Of a DNA stretch of 64,000 nucleotides, positions 12,060 to 25,675 are shown piece after piece. The DNA comes from Felis catus (taxonomy: Eukaryota). The position numbers and the translations under genes are program-made. The stretch lies in the NCBI RefSeq assembly GCF_018350175.1, contig NC_058368.1, positions 96,288,001-96,352,000 on the forward strand, in the 5' to 3' direction. Positions within the stretch are counted from its first letter, which is position 1. Each line of letters begins with the position of its first letter. The notes under the pieces are model-generated. The model worked only from the letters and a program-made list of their open reading frames with translations. It was not told the DNA's origin and searched no databases.

Positions 12060-14782
12060 TGATTTTTTTTTTATATTTATAATTTTATTCCTTCTAGTTA
12101 TGGACTTTTCTCTTCCACTTCAAGAAGTCCTTTTATCACTTCTTGTCAGGTCATTTTAGTGGTGATAAAGTCCTTTAATTTTTGTTTGTCCAGGAAATTC
12201 TTCCTCTCTTTATCTCTCCTTCAATTTTTAATGATATCTTGGTTATTCCTGGATATGTTTTTTTTTCTTTTTATCAATTTGATTTTATCATTTACTTCTT
12301 TTTTGTTGTTGTTGTTTTTGTTTGTTTGCTTGCTTGCTTTTCTAAGATCACTCCTTACTGGCCTGTAAATTTTCTCCTGGAAAATCAGCTGTTAGCTTTT
12401 TGGGATTTCCCTTGCATGTAACTGTTTGCTTTTCTTTCGCTGCTTTTAAGATTATCTTTAATTTTTGCCATTTTAATGATTATATGTCCTGTTGGGGTCC
12501 TCCTTGGGCTTATCTGGTTTGGGGCTTGCTATGCTTCCTGAACCTGGATGTCTCTTTCCTTCCCCAGGTTAGAGATGTTTCCAACTATTGTTTCTTCAGC
12601 AGGTTCTCTTCTCTCCCTTCTCCTCCTAGGATCCCTGTGATGCAAATTTGTGTGTTTAGTGTTGTCCCAGAGGTCCCTTAACCTATTGTCATTTTTTAAT
12701 CCTTTTGTTGTTGTTCAGCTTGGGTGCTTTCCATGACTCTCTCTTCTAGACTGGGATCTTGTCTTCTGCCTCCTATAATCTGGTGTTGCTTACCTCTACT
12801 ATATTTTTCATTTCAGATAGTGTACTCCTCTGCTATGATTCATTCTTTTTTCTATTTTCTATCTTTGTTGAAGTTCTGAGTTCATCCACTCTTCCCTCAG
12901 GCCTGCTGAGTATGTTTATGACCATTACTTTGAACTTTTTATCAGGTTTTTAACTCCATTTTGTTTAACTCTTTTTCTGAGGGTTTGTCGTACTCTGTGA
13001 TTTGCAGCATATTTCTATGTCTCCACATCTTGCCTTTCTGTGTTTATTTCTGTGTATTACATTAGCTATATCTCTTGGTCTTAAAAGTATGTATGCCTTA
13101 TGTAGAAGGTATCCTTTGGTGCCAAACAGCACAACACCCCCACCCCTTGTTACAAGAACCACACACTCCAAGGCATGTCCCTTGTCTGGACTGCCTGTGC
13201 ATTGTTATTATGGCTGGACTCATCTGCTGTGGGTGACCTTGTTGGTGAGGCCAGCCCCTAGCCCAAATGGCTGTGGCGCACAGTTGTGGCTATTTCAGGT
13301 GCATTACTGGGTGGGGTGGACCCTCAGCCTGAATTTCAGCAATGAATGTCTGGGATTACTGTGAATGTACTGTGGTCAGTGGTAGGTTCCTCCCTCCTCG
13401 AGGCAGGAATCGCTCTGGATGGACACCAGTCCCAATTGATGCTGCCTGGTGAATGCGGCAAGATGGTAGTCACTCTTTGGGGATGCCAGTCCCTACTCAG
13501 TCTGCCTGCCAGGTGTGGCAGTGTGTGAGGCAGTTTAGAGGGCTACCCACCAACATGAACTTATTGGGTGGGGCAGATCCACTGGGGAATGCCAAGGCAG
13601 GGCAACTAGTGCTAGCTAGGTAGATGGAAAACATCATAACTGGCCCATGCAAGCATTCAGACAGCTAGGGCAGAAGAGGGGAAAAAAAAATGGTGCCCAC
13701 AAGCGCTTCCATTTCCAGAGGGATCTCCAGCAGATTACTGCCTTTCTAGCAGCTCTCCTAAAATTTGTCAATAAATCTCCTTCTTGTATAACCCAGGTTC
13801 TTTTCAAACTGCTGCTTCTCTGCTGTACTTTGGATGGAGTAATATAGCAAGCTGGCCCTTTAAGAGAGGAGGCTCATTTTTCCTTAACCCTCTGGTTCTA
13901 CTGGAGTTCAGCCCCACTGATTTTTAAAGCTCCCAGGGGTGAGCCCCCGGTTTTCAAAGCCATGCGTTATGAGGGATCATGATCTAGTGCAGGGCTGGGT
14001 TGTTTGATATGGGGCTTGATTTCCTCTCTCCCCCATGCCTATGATATCTGTCCCACTTGAGGGTCACAGTGCTGAGGGTCTGGTTCCTAACTGTACTCCT
14101 GTTGCTCCTACCATTCTTGAGGTGGCCTCTTTTTTTATGTCCTTAGGTGTGAAATATTTGCTCTGCTAGTTTTTAGGTCATTTTCAGAGCAAATTGCGGT
14201 GCATGTAGTTGTTGCTTTAGTGTGTCTGTGGGAGGAGGTGAGCTGAGGGTCCTCCCATTCTGCCATCCTCCCTGAGAGTCCTGAAATGGAAATTTTAGAT
14301 GCTGAAAACATAGCTGCTGCATACACAGAGCTAGTCCAATGGTACGAGCTACATATAAATTAATGAATTTCTATAAGTCCTAGAAAGGGACTTTTATATT
14401 CTAATAATTAAAGATATAGGTGAAGATAATATACAAACTTTTTTCATAATAATCAGTTGCTTATCAAAGCCTCTTTTCTGTTAGGTATTCAATTCTGAGA
14501 ATTAGACATACTGGTATCACTTGTGTTTCGATGAATTACATATAACCCTTTCTCAAATTGTAAAGGAGGTTTCAGAATGGGCTCTGAGTTTCTCAATAGA
14601 CAATGAGAAAAGAATGAGTATTCATTTCCCTATATATACTTCCAAGCAAAACACACTGGATGCCAACCTTATTTTAGGCGTTGTGCTTACACTGGTGCTA
14701 TAAAAAAATTAAGACAAGAAATTCTTCCCTGGACATGGTAATTAAAGACAGAAATTTAGCTCCTTTTAAAAGCAAATGTTAA

Positions 14783-15010
14783 GGGCGCCTGGGTGACTCC
14801 CTCGGTTGAGCATCCAACTCTTGGTTTTGGCTCAGGTCATGATCCCAGGGTCGTGGGATTGAGCCCCGTGTCAGGCTCTGCACTGAGCATGGAGCCTGCT
14901 TGAGATTCTCTCTTTCCCTCTGCCCCTCTCCCCTGCATTCTCTCTCACTCACTCTCTCTCTGTCTCTCTCTCTCTCTGTCTCTCAAATAAATAAAATGAA
15001 AAATAAATTA
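14783..15010 (+). mobile_element. Can-SINE (older carnivore subtype)
   Basis: GGGCGCCTGGGTGACTC...GGTCATGATCCCAGGGTCGTGGGATTGAGCCCC, (CT)n, AAATAAATAAA tail. Confidence 0.95.
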
Positions 15011-15254
15011 AGTGTTTAAACTTTTTCTAGCATATAAACCTTTGCCAGAAAAGTAACTGTGGATTGGTAGAGTCAGACACACTATCGTCTTTACTTATCA
15101 GATCTGTTCCAGTGACAATTAATGGTTTTCCGATTACTGGGGACAGAGAATATTTTTTTAAAGTGTGTGTTATTTTTAGGGTGTTGATACTTAAGCACAA
15201 TTGTCAATATAACAAATTAGAGGAAGGGGGAGAGGGACGGTCAACAAGAGGAAA

Positions 15255-15480
15255 ATAGCATTGTTTATATACCCATTACATTCCATGAATTATGTTTACT
15301 TCATGTATTATTCTTAACAGGTCTTCTGAGATAGCAGTTATTACCCTATTCCTGATAAGAAACTCATAACATTTAGAGATTGACGAATTTAATGAAAGTC
15401 ATTCAGCTACTATATGGACAAAGATTTGAACCTATGTGGGCCTCTTCCACAGTCCACCCTCTTGCCTCTACACCATGTTC
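15255..15480. mobile_element. MIR relic
   Basis: TTATTACCCTATT...GATAAGAAACT...AAAGTCATTCAGCTA...GATTTGAACCTATG core MIR pattern. Confidence 0.7.
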
Positions 15481-15641
15481 TCTTCTCCAAGTAATAGAAA
15501 AAATGTAAAGAATCATTCAACAAGCCCACTGGTTTTGTTACTAATAGGATAGTAAGCAGTTTGAATTTTTTTCTTTTGAAATGATAAATTGATTACTTAC
15601 GGTTTCCTTGAAATGCGATGGTTAAACAACATGGCTTCAAA

Positions 15642-16092
15642 GTTACTGAGGCAATAAATGAAGACCACCCAAATGAAAACAGAGGCTATTTATTCAGAGC
15701 CTGTTAGAGCAATGTAATCATCACCATCACTTGCATTGGGCAGAGATTCCAAGGCAGACAGCGTTGGAAGAAGAGTTTTATAGGAAAAAAGATGGAAGTC
15801 TCCAGGTACACTCCAGTTGAAGGGTCATTGACATGAGGTAGCTGGAGGCAAGCTAACCAGAGTGGGACACCCCTTGTGTTTGGTTTGGGGAGCATATTTG
15901 GCTTTGTCTCCTTGGTTCTGAGTTGGAATGAGGAGTAATCTATAGAGAGGGTGGCATGCATTGACCAAGCTATGACTGTTCTACAGAGGGGGTGTTTTGA
16001 CTTTTTGGGCCAATTGCTGCAGAAGCTGTAGGTCAGAGATTTGTTGTCATATGTGGTCTGGCTATTGATTTGTATATCTAGCCTCAATATTA
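15642..16092 (-). mobile_element. Solo LTR-like element (ERV)
   Basis: About 450 bp GC-richer block with minus-strand AATAAA (TATTTATTC) near one end; subfamily not identified. Confidence 0.5.
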
Positions 16093-16355
16093 ATGACATG
16101 AAAGTATTTCTTAGGATTCAAGGTATTTAATGCTATGATTAGACTGTACAAATCTGAAAGTATGCACAACAGAATTCATGGCTTCCTATATTTTCCCTAC
16201 CTGTTTACACTCACCTACTTGTGGCAAACTGTCTAAACTCTCCTCTCTTAGCAAAGTTCCCACCTCTAGTTCTCTTACATCATCACTCATGTACTGAGCA
16301 CACTGACTCATTTGCAGAGAAAAAGTAAAAGGCACATTTAGAAAAGGATACCCAT

Positions 16356-16557
16356 GGGGCACCTGGGTAGCTCAGTTCGTTGAGTGTCTGAGCTCTTGAT
16401 TTCAGCTTAGGTCAAGATCTCATGATCGTGAGATCCAGCCCTGTGTCAGGTTCCATGCATGGAACCTGCTTTAGACTCCCTCTGTCCCTTTCCTGCTCAC
16501 ACACATACACTCTCTCAAAAATAAATAAACTCTTTAAAAAGCCAGAAAAAAAAGAAA
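16356..16557 (+). mobile_element. Can-SINE
   Basis: SINE consensus; TSD AAAAGGATA(C/T)CCAT. Confidence 0.95.
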
Positions 16558-16569
16558 AGGATATCCATC

Positions 16570-16860
16570 GTTTCCCAATACTTGCTTTACTCATCTTCCT
16601 GCAAATGCACCTGTGTTCCATCTCCCTTCCTGTTACTCCTAATGAATTGTCTACACTCACATGTAATGCCAGTCTTGCTACTCACATACTGGATTTCATG
16701 CCCTTCACCCACTCAAGGGTATCTCTCCAGCATGTCTCCCTTTCCTCAGATTAAACATTTTTCCATTTCCTCTGTATTATTTCCAGGAGCATATTTAACA
16801 TGTCATAAATTATACCATCTTAACACAGTCTTCTTTAGACCTTATATTATCCTTCAATAG
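16570..16860 (+). mobile_element. LINE-2 relic
   Basis: Pyrimidine-rich CTGGATTTCATGCCCTTCACCCACTCAAGG...TTCCAGGAGCATATTTAACATG similar to recalled L2 ORF2 consensus. Confidence 0.55.
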
Positions 16861-16867
16861 CCCTGTT

Positions 16868-17083
16868 GTTTTTTTTATTTTTTTAATGTTTGTTTATTTT
16901 TGAGAGAAAGAAAGAGTATGAGTAGGGGAGGGGCAGAGAGAGAGGGAGACACAGAATCTGAAGCAGGCTCTAGGCTCTGAGCTGTAGGCACAGAGCCCGA
17001 CACAGGGCTCGAACCTACGAGCCATGAGATCATGACCTGAGCCAAAGTCAGATGCCCAACCGACTGAGCTACCCAGGTGCCTC
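16868..17083 (-). mobile_element. Can-SINE (felid type)
   Basis: SINE consensus; TSD TCAATAGCC. Confidence 0.97.
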
Positions 17084-17969
17084 TCAATAGCCGCATTTCT
17101 AAGGACCTTATAGCAAAATGCCACAAAGAAAAAAATTCCATTCCATCTCACCATTATTATTTTCACGAATCCAAATCTGTTTGATTTTTACTACTCTGTG
17201 CTCTTTTTCTGAAATTACGTAGTTAAAAGGCCACTTGTGTTTTTGACCTATAGATCAATAGGATGGTATGGAAATTTTCAAGTTTTTTTGTAGAATGTAA
17301 GCAGGAAAAGGTATACAACAAAATACACTAAAATATAGATTATGAAGATTTCCTCTTTCCATTTATTAATTCTAGTTTTTATTCAAATATATACTTGGGG
17401 CCTAGAAGTATGTATCGTTACAAAATATTCAACAAGGTATACCTTTTTGACATTCTAGTAGATTTTGGAGTTCAGTTTTTAAATATGCTTTCTCTAAAAT
17501 ATGAGGAATATTTCCAATAGGGTTTCTAGGTGGGAAGCAGTGAAGCATGACAAAACACCCAAAAAATGTCGAGAAGGTAGCAATTTATTAGATTCCTCAG
17601 GGCTTGACATCTTATTATGATTCATTTGCCATGTAAATGGGCTTTAAAAAGATTAAGCTTTATGTGATAATCATTCACTCAAACATTGTAAGAAATTTTT
17701 CTTTGAAATCCCTAATCATACTTGCCCAAAGAGATTTACTACTTTTTTGTCTTATATTTGAAATAACTTAAAACTTTATTCAATTAAAAGAGGATTATTA
17801 GGATAATTGACAAACAGAATTCTGTACATAAAGATTAAAAAGGTCACTTCTTGACTCAGGATGTAGTATTCCTAGGATGTAGTATTCCAGGATAACTCAG
17901 GATTTGATATTCCAGTTGAATGGACAGGACAAGGAGTTGAGAAAAATGTGTTGAGGCATTCATCAATAC

Positions 17970-18920
17970 ATATTTTTAAATTAATCTTATTATTTATAGC
18001 TATTTTATATTTATAGAAAAATTGATTTGAAAATGCAAAGATTTTCATATACACCTCTCTTGACCCTCTACAGTTTACTATATTATTTACATTTTGTATT
18101 AGTGTGGTACATTTATTAAAATCAATGAATATATCTACATTATTATTAAAGTCCATCATTTACATTAGTTCTATTAGTTCTGTAGATTTGTGCTGTTCTA
18201 TAGACTTGAACAAGTATATAATATGTCCGTCATTATCATATCGTACAAAATAGTTTTGGTGTCTCAAAAAATCTCGTTTTCTACCTATTCACGGCCCCTC
18301 CTTTCCTGGCAACCACTGAACCCTTTACTGAATTTTTTTAGAATGCCATATTATTGGAATCATACAGTGTGCAGTCTTTTCAGATTGACTCCTTTGGTTT
18401 ATGAATATATTTTTAAAGTTTCTCCATGTCTTTTTGTTGCTTGATACCTCATTCATTTTTATTGCTACGTAATATTCCATTCTCTGGATGTACAATAGTT
18501 GATCCATTTACCTACTGAAGGACACCTTGGTTGCTTCCAAATTTTGCTATTGGTGAGAAAAAAAAAACCATGAACATTTATGTGCAAGTTCTTGGGCAGA
18601 CATCCGTTTTTAACCTTATTTGGGTAAACACCAAGGAGTGTCATAGATGGATGGTACATTGAGTATATTTAGTTTAGAAACTAAGAAAGACTACCAAACT
18701 GTTTTCCAAAATGGCTGTACCATTTTCCATTTCCACTAGAAGTGAGTAAGAATTCCTCTTGCTCTACATCCTTGTCAGCATTTGGTATTGTTGGTGTTTT
18801 GAATTTTAACCACTCTACTATATGTGTAATAGTATCTGATTGTTGTTTTAATTTGTAATTCCTTCATGACACACAACGTTGCACAACTTTTCATATGTTT
18901 ATTTGCCATCTGTAGATCTT
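17970..18920 (-). mobile_element. Old LINE-1 3' fragment (L1MC/MB-like)
   Basis: ORF2 C-terminal remnant (KIWKQPRCPSVGKWIN) followed by an L1MC-like 3' UTR. Confidence 0.85.
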
Positions 18921-19209
18921 TTTTTTTCCCCCTGAAGAACACATTTTAATGAACCCTATTTACCAATCATTGCATTATATGGCAGGAATATTTGTTAATC
19001 TTTCACACAGGAAAATATATACTGAATTTACTATATCGTTTTTGCTCAAAAAAGTCAATTCACTTTCTAAGTAAAGTGGCAGGTTAGCCAAAGGTAGAAG
19101 CCATCTCATTCAGAGGGAAATTCACCATGGAGCCCCTATTCTTAAATTACACAGAAAACATAGAAGCATAAAGATGTATATTTGTATTCTGCATAGCTTT
19201 TGTATCTGA

Positions 19210-19290
19210 GTGTGTGTGTGTGTGTGTGTATGTGTGTGTGTGTGTAATATAGGTACATATACATATATATACACATATTTAATATATATA
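19210..19290. repeat. (TG)n/(TA)n microsatellite
   Basis: Direct reading. Confidence 0.95.
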
Positions 19291-22200
19291 ATTTCCATAT
19301 CTTAACTGTATTTCTACTTCTATTTAATCTTTTTATTTGTAATTGAAATCTAGTTTATATGTAGTATTATATTTGTTTCAGGTGTTCCAGGTAGTTATTT
19401 GCCTTTTATATACATTATGAAATGCTCACCCCAATAAGTATAGTTACAATCTGTCACCAAAGTTATTACAGTATTGTTGACAATTTTCTCTATGCTGTAC
19501 TTTGCATCACTTTGACTCATTTATATTGTAACTGACAGTTTGTACCTCTTAAACCCATCCCTTCTATCACCTATCTCCCCCAAGCCCTCCCTGCTGGCAA
19601 CCACCAGTTTGTTCTTTGTATGTATCAGCCTGTCTCTGTTTCGTATTGTTTGAGGGCTGGTTGGTTGATTTGTTTCTTTTGTTTATTAGATTCCACACAT
19701 AAGCAAAATTATTTGGTATTTTTTTAATCTGGCTTATTTCACGTAGCATGATACCCTCTGGGTCCATCTATGTTGTCCACAATGGCAAATTTCATTCTTT
19801 TTTTAAAGGAGACTAATTCCCATTGTGTATATATTCCTTATCTTTTCTATCCATTCATCTGCTGATAGACATTTTGATTGCCTTCATATCTTGGAAATTG
19901 TAAACAATGCTGTAGTAAACATAGGAGTGTGAATATTCTTCTAAATTAGCTGTGTATGTTTTCTTTGGGCAAATGCCCACAAGCAGAATTACTGGGTCAT
20001 GTGGAATTTCTATTTTTAATTTTTTGAGCACCCTCCATACTGTATGCCATAGTGGCTGCACCAATTTACATACCCACCATAACACAAATGGGTTCCTTCC
20101 ATTTTTACCACATCCTCAACAATGCTTGTTTTTATTTCTTCTCTTTTTGACACAGGCCATTCAGACAGGTGTCAAGTGACATCTCACTGGGGTTTTGATT
20201 TGCATTTCCCTAATGATTACTGATGTTGACTATCTTTTCAGGTGTTTGTGGCCATTTCTATGTTTCCTTTGAAAAAAAAATATTCAGGTACTCTGTCCAT
20301 TTTTTACTGGATTATTTGGGGATTTTTTTGCTGTAGAGTTGTAGCAGTTCTTTATATACCTTCTTCCATTCAGTGGACTGCCTTTTCATTTTGTTGATAG
20401 TTTACTTCATGCAAAAGCTTTTCAGTTTGAGGTAGTCCCAATTATTAATTTTTGCTTTGTTGCTTTTGCCTGTAAGGAAAGATCCAGAGAAGTACTGTGA
20501 AAAAGATGTAGAAGTCTACTACTTATGTTTTCTTTTAGGTATTTTATCTGTTCACATGTAACATTTAGGACTTTGATCCATTTTGAGTATGATTAAGAAA
20601 ACGGTCCAGTTTTCCGGGTACCATTTATTGAAGAGAATGTCTTTTCCTGATTTTCTACCTTTGTCCCCTGTGCCATGGATAGAATGACCAGAGATGTGAG
20701 ATTATTTTGGGGCTATTTTCCAATGATATATGTGTATTTTTGTTCCAGTACCATCCTATTTTGATACCTAGAGAGCCTACTATTATAGTTCCAAGTCTAG
20801 GATTGTGACACCTCCAGCTTTGTTCCTCTCAGATTGCTTTGGGTAGCCTGGACAGCTTAACATTATTAATTCTTCCATTCCTTGAGCATGAGTATCTTTC
20901 CATTTATTTGTGTCATCTTCAATCCCTTTCATCAGCATTTTATAGATTTCAGAGTACAGTTCTTTGGTCAAATTTATTCTTAGGTATTTTATTCCTTTTG
21001 ATACAACTATAAATGGGATTGTTTTCTGTATACTGATTTGTATAGCTCTTCTGAATTAGTTCATTTGTCCTAATAGTTTTTTGGCAGGTCTGTTTATTTT
21101 CTATATATATTATCATCTGCAGATACAATTTCACTTGTTCCTTACCACTGTGAAAACATTTTTTTTTTCTTGTCTGATTGCTGTGTCTAGGACTTCCAGT
21201 CCTTAAATGAATAAAAGTGGTGAAAGTGGACATCTTTGTTTTGTTCCTGATCTTGGAGGAGATATCTTTAGCATTTCACCATTGAGTATGATGTCCCCTG
21301 TGGGTTTGTCATATATGGTCTTTATTATGTTAAGGGATGTTCCCTCTAAAGCCACTCTATGGAAAGTTTTTATCATGAACAGACAGTGAATTTTGTCAAA
21401 TGCTTTTTTTCTATTGACAAGTTCATATTATGTTTATTATGCATTTTGTTAACGTGGTGTACACATTGATTTGCAAATAATGAACCATTCTTGCAACCTT
21501 GGAATAAGTCCCATGTGATTGTGGTAAACGATCCTTTTAATGTATTGTTAAACTTGACTTGCTGATACTGTGTTGAGGATTTTTGCATCTTAATCGTCAA
21601 GGAGATTAGCCTGTGATATTTTTGTGGTAGAGTTGTCTAGTTTTGGTATCAGGGTCATGCTAGCCTTACAGGATGAATCTGTAAGCATTACTTTGAGCCT
21701 GAGAAGTATAGGTATTAACTCTTCATTAAATATTTGGTAAATCACCTGTGAAGCCATTTGATTCTAGACATTTGTTTGTTGGAAATGTTTTCATTACCAG
21801 GTCAATTTTATTACTAGCAATCAAATTTTTAAGATTTTCTATTTCTTCCTGATTCTCTTCTGGAGCATTTTAGTTTTCTATAAATTGATGCATTTCTTCT
21901 CATGTGTCTAAATTGTTTGCATTTTTTTTTCATAGTACTCTTGTAATCCTTTTGATTAACTTCTCTTTCATTCCTAAGTTTATTTTGTTTTCCTACCCAA
22001 GTTTTAATTTAAATTCCACTTAGTTAACATTTGGTGTAATATTAGTTTCAGGTATAGAATTTAGTGACTTATCACTTATATACAACAGCTGGTTCTCATC
22101 ACAAGTACCCTCCTTACTAACCATCACCTGTTTCACCCATCCTCCCTGCCCACCTCCCTTCTGGTAACCATGAGTTTGTTCCCTAGAGTTAAGAATCTGT

Positions 22201-22341
22201 TTACTGGTCTTCCTTTCTCTTCTTTTACCAACCCTCTGTACACTTGTTCTATTTTTAAATTCCACATATGCGTGGAATCATGGGGTATTTATCTTTCTTT
22301 GACTTATTTCACTTAGCATAATAACTCTGTAGCTCCATCCA

Positions 22342-23080
22342 CATCATTTTTATCTCATTTTTTTGTTAATTTTTGGATGATTATTCGTTTGGGGATGAAT
22401 CCTAAGAGTGCTGGAAGGCACCCCCCCTACAGATAGTGTTAGTATCAGGATGAGTGAGGTGATTAGGGGTGTTTTACTCCATGTTTGTGATAGGGATAAT
22501 GTTGTTGTAGCAGAGCTGTGTATGAGTACTATGAAGGTGGCTAATGTTGCTGTTATATAACCTATATGGACGATTGAGGAGTATGCTAGGATTTTTCAGT
22601 TGTGTTGGGTTGAGTCCCCTTCATCCCCCTATTTGACTGACATGATAGCTATTGTTAGGAGTAGATTGGGATTGCTGGTGGGCAAAATTTGGTAGAGGAC
22701 AGATGATGGTGCAATTTTTTGTCATGTTAATACAATTAGGCCTGAGGATAGGGAGATTCCTTGTTCAACTTCGGGAATTCAGAAGTGAAATGGGGCCAAG
22801 CCCAGTTTTATTGCTAAAGCAGCGGTTATTATAATCGATGCTATGGGGTCGAGACTTTTTTGATATCCTTCATTGTCCTGAATATAGGTTAACGATAATT
22901 CCTATCACTAGGAGTACGGATGTGGTTGCTTGTGTTGGGAAGTATTTTGTGGATACTTCTATGGCTCATTAATTTTTTTATAAGAACGGGGATAATGGCT
23001 AGTATATTTATTTCAAAGCCAATTCAGATTATTAGTGAGAACTTGTTGCTACAATTATGGTTCCTGAGATGACAGTTTCT
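22342..23080 (-). pseudogene. MT-ND2: NUMT: decayed mitochondrial ND2 fragment
   Basis: Minus strand in the vertebrate mitochondrial code gives [109 protein letters not shown]; frameshifts and an internal deletion. Confidence 0.97.
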
Positions 23081-25467
23081 GTGGAACTCTGTGTCTGTTT
23101 TTGTGCCAGTACCATACTGTCTTGATGACTACAGCTTTGTAACGTAACTTGATGTCTGGAATTGTGATGCCTCCAGCTTTGCTTTTCTTCTCCAAGATTG
23201 CTTTGGTTATTTGTGGTCTTTTGTGATTCCATACAAATTTTAGGATTGTATGGTCTCTGTACAAAATGCTGATGGTTTTTAACAGGAATTGCACTAACTG
23301 TGTAGACTGCTTTGGGTATTTTAAACATTTTAACAATATTTGTTCTTCCAATTTGTGACCATGGAATATTTTCCATTTCTTTTATCAGCGTTTTAAAAAG
23401 TATAGACATTTACTTCTTTGGTTAGGTTTATTCCTGGGTATCTTAAGATTTTTGGTGCAACTGTAAATGGGATCAATTCCTTTATTTTTCTGTCTGCTGC
23501 TCCATTATTTGTGTATAGAAATGCAAAAGAGTTCTGTGGGTTGATTTGGCATTCTGTGATTTTACTGAATTCATGTATCAGTTGTATAAATTTTTCTGGT
23601 GGTGTCTTTTGGTTTCCCATATAGGGTATCACGTCATTTACAAATACTGAAAGTCTCACTTCTTCCTTGCCAGTTTAGATTCCTTTTATTACTTTGTATT
23701 GTCTGATGGCTATGGCTAGGACTTCCAATACAAAGTTAAATAAAAACAGTGAAAATGGACATCCCTGTCTTGTTCCTGACCATACAGGAGAACCTCTCAG
23801 GGTTGCCCCATTTATGATGATATTTGCTGTGGGTTTTTTGTATATGGCTTTTATGATGCTGAGGATTTTTTTTCTTATCAAGAAAGGATGCTGTATTTTG
23901 TCTAATACTTTTTCTGCATCTATTGACAGGATCATATGGTTTCTATCCTTTCTTTTATTCATGTGGTGTATCACAATGATTGATTTGGGAATAATGAAAC
24001 ACCCTTGGATTTATTCCAGCCCAGAAATAAATCTCACTGGATCATGGTGAATGATTCTTTTAATGTACTGTTGCATTCGGTTTGGTACTATCTTTTTGAG
24101 GATATCTGCATCCATTTTCATGAGAGATATTGACCTGTAATTCTCCTTTTTAGTGGAGTTTTTGTCTGGTTTTCATATCATGATAATTCAGGCCTCATAG
24201 AATGTGTTTGGAACATTTCCTTCCATTTCTATGTTTTTGGAATAATTCAAGAAGAGTAAGTATTAACTGATTTAAGTGTTGGTAGAATTCATCATTGAAG
24301 CCATCTGGCCCTGCACTTTGGTTTGTTGAGAAAGTTCTGATTATTTATTCAATTTCTTTGCTGGTTATCAATATGTTCAATTTTTCTCTTTCTTACTGCT
24401 TCAGTTGTGATCATTTATCTTTCTGGATATTTATCCATTTCTCCCAGGTTGTCCAATTTGTTGTCATATAGTTTTTCATAACATTCTTTTAGAATTGTTT
24501 ATATTTTTGTGGTGTTGGTTATTTCTCATCTCTCCTTCGTGTTTTTATCTATTTGGGTCCTTTATCTTTTCTTTTTCAAATTCTGCCTAGGAGGTTATCA
24601 GTTTTATTAATTTTTTCCAAGAAACAGTTCCTGGTTTCATTGATCTGTTCTATTGTTTTTTAGTTTCTCTATCATTTATTTTTGTTCTAATCTTTATTAT
24701 TTCCCTTCTTTCTGGCTTTAGGCTTCATTTGCTGTTTCTTTTATAGTTCCTTTAGGTGTTAAGGACAGGTTGTTAGAGATTGTTTGTTTTTGTTTTTTTT
24801 TTTACTTCTTGAGGTAGTTCTGTATTGCTATATACTTTCCTCTTAAAACTACTTTTGCTGCAACCCAAAGGTTTGGGACTGTGGTGTTTTCATTTGCTTC
24901 CATATATAGTTTTACTTCTTTTTTGATTTCCTGGTTGACCCATTCATTGTTTAGTAGTGCACTGTTTGACTGCCATGTATTTATAGTCCTTCCAGATTTC
25001 TTCTTGTGGTTGGCTTCAGTTTCATAGCATTGTGATCTCATGCATGGTACGATTTCAATCTTTTTGAACGTTTTGATGATTCGTGACCTAGTATGTGATC
25101 GATTCTGGAGAATGTCCCATGTACATTTTAAAAGAATGTGTATTCTGCTTCATGATGAAAGTTCTGAATATGTCTGTCATGCCCATCTGGTCCAGGAAGT
25201 CATTCAAAACTATTGTTTCCTTGTTGATTTTCTGCTTAGTGCTTACATTAATGGACACATCATCTATGTTAAATTCCCCTGGAATATTGTATTATTATCA
25301 GTAAGTTTCTTTGTGTTTGTTATTGTTTTATATATTTGGCTGCCCACATGTCGGATTCATAAATATTTACAACTGTTAGAACTTCTTGTTGGATGGTTCC
25401 CTTTATTATTATATATTGTCCATCGTCATCTCTTGTTACAGATTTTGGTTTAAAATCTAGGTTGTCT

Positions 25468-25675
25468 GTGGCCCCTGGGTAGCTCAGTTGATTGTATGAC
25501 TCTTGGTCTTGACCCAGGACATGATCTCAGGGCCATGAGATCAAGCCCTGTGTCGGGCTCTGTGCTGGGTGTAGAGCCTGCTTAAGATTCTTTCTTTCTT
25601 TCTCCCTCTGTCCCTCCCTCTCTCTCCCTCCCTCCATAGGTTGTGTTCTTTTTCTCTCTCAAATAGAGTAGAATA
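25468..25675 (+). mobile_element. Older Can-SINE in nested L1
   Basis: GCCCCTGGGTAGCTCAGTTG...CATGATCTCAGG, (CT)n; diverged TSD A(A/G)AATCTA..TT.TCT. Confidence 0.9.

Larger units (their letters stand above)
7200..14281 (-). mobile_element. Near full-length decayed LINE-1 (carnivore/L1MA-like)
   Basis: 3' end and poly(T) at ~7200; ORF2 remnants (SIDAERAFDKIRHQFMI, MDLKDTYRIFH, QPTEWENIF); ORF1 region and 5' UTR ending at ~14280; many stops and frameshifts. Confidence 0.95.

Noticed and set aside
23032..23409. 125-aa ORF ending in ND2-like [14 protein letters not shown] (apparent L1-mitochondrial fusion protein)
   Set aside because: Chance read-through across the L1/NUMT junction, mostly out of frame with ORF2, with no promoter evidence, and it stops a few codons into ND2
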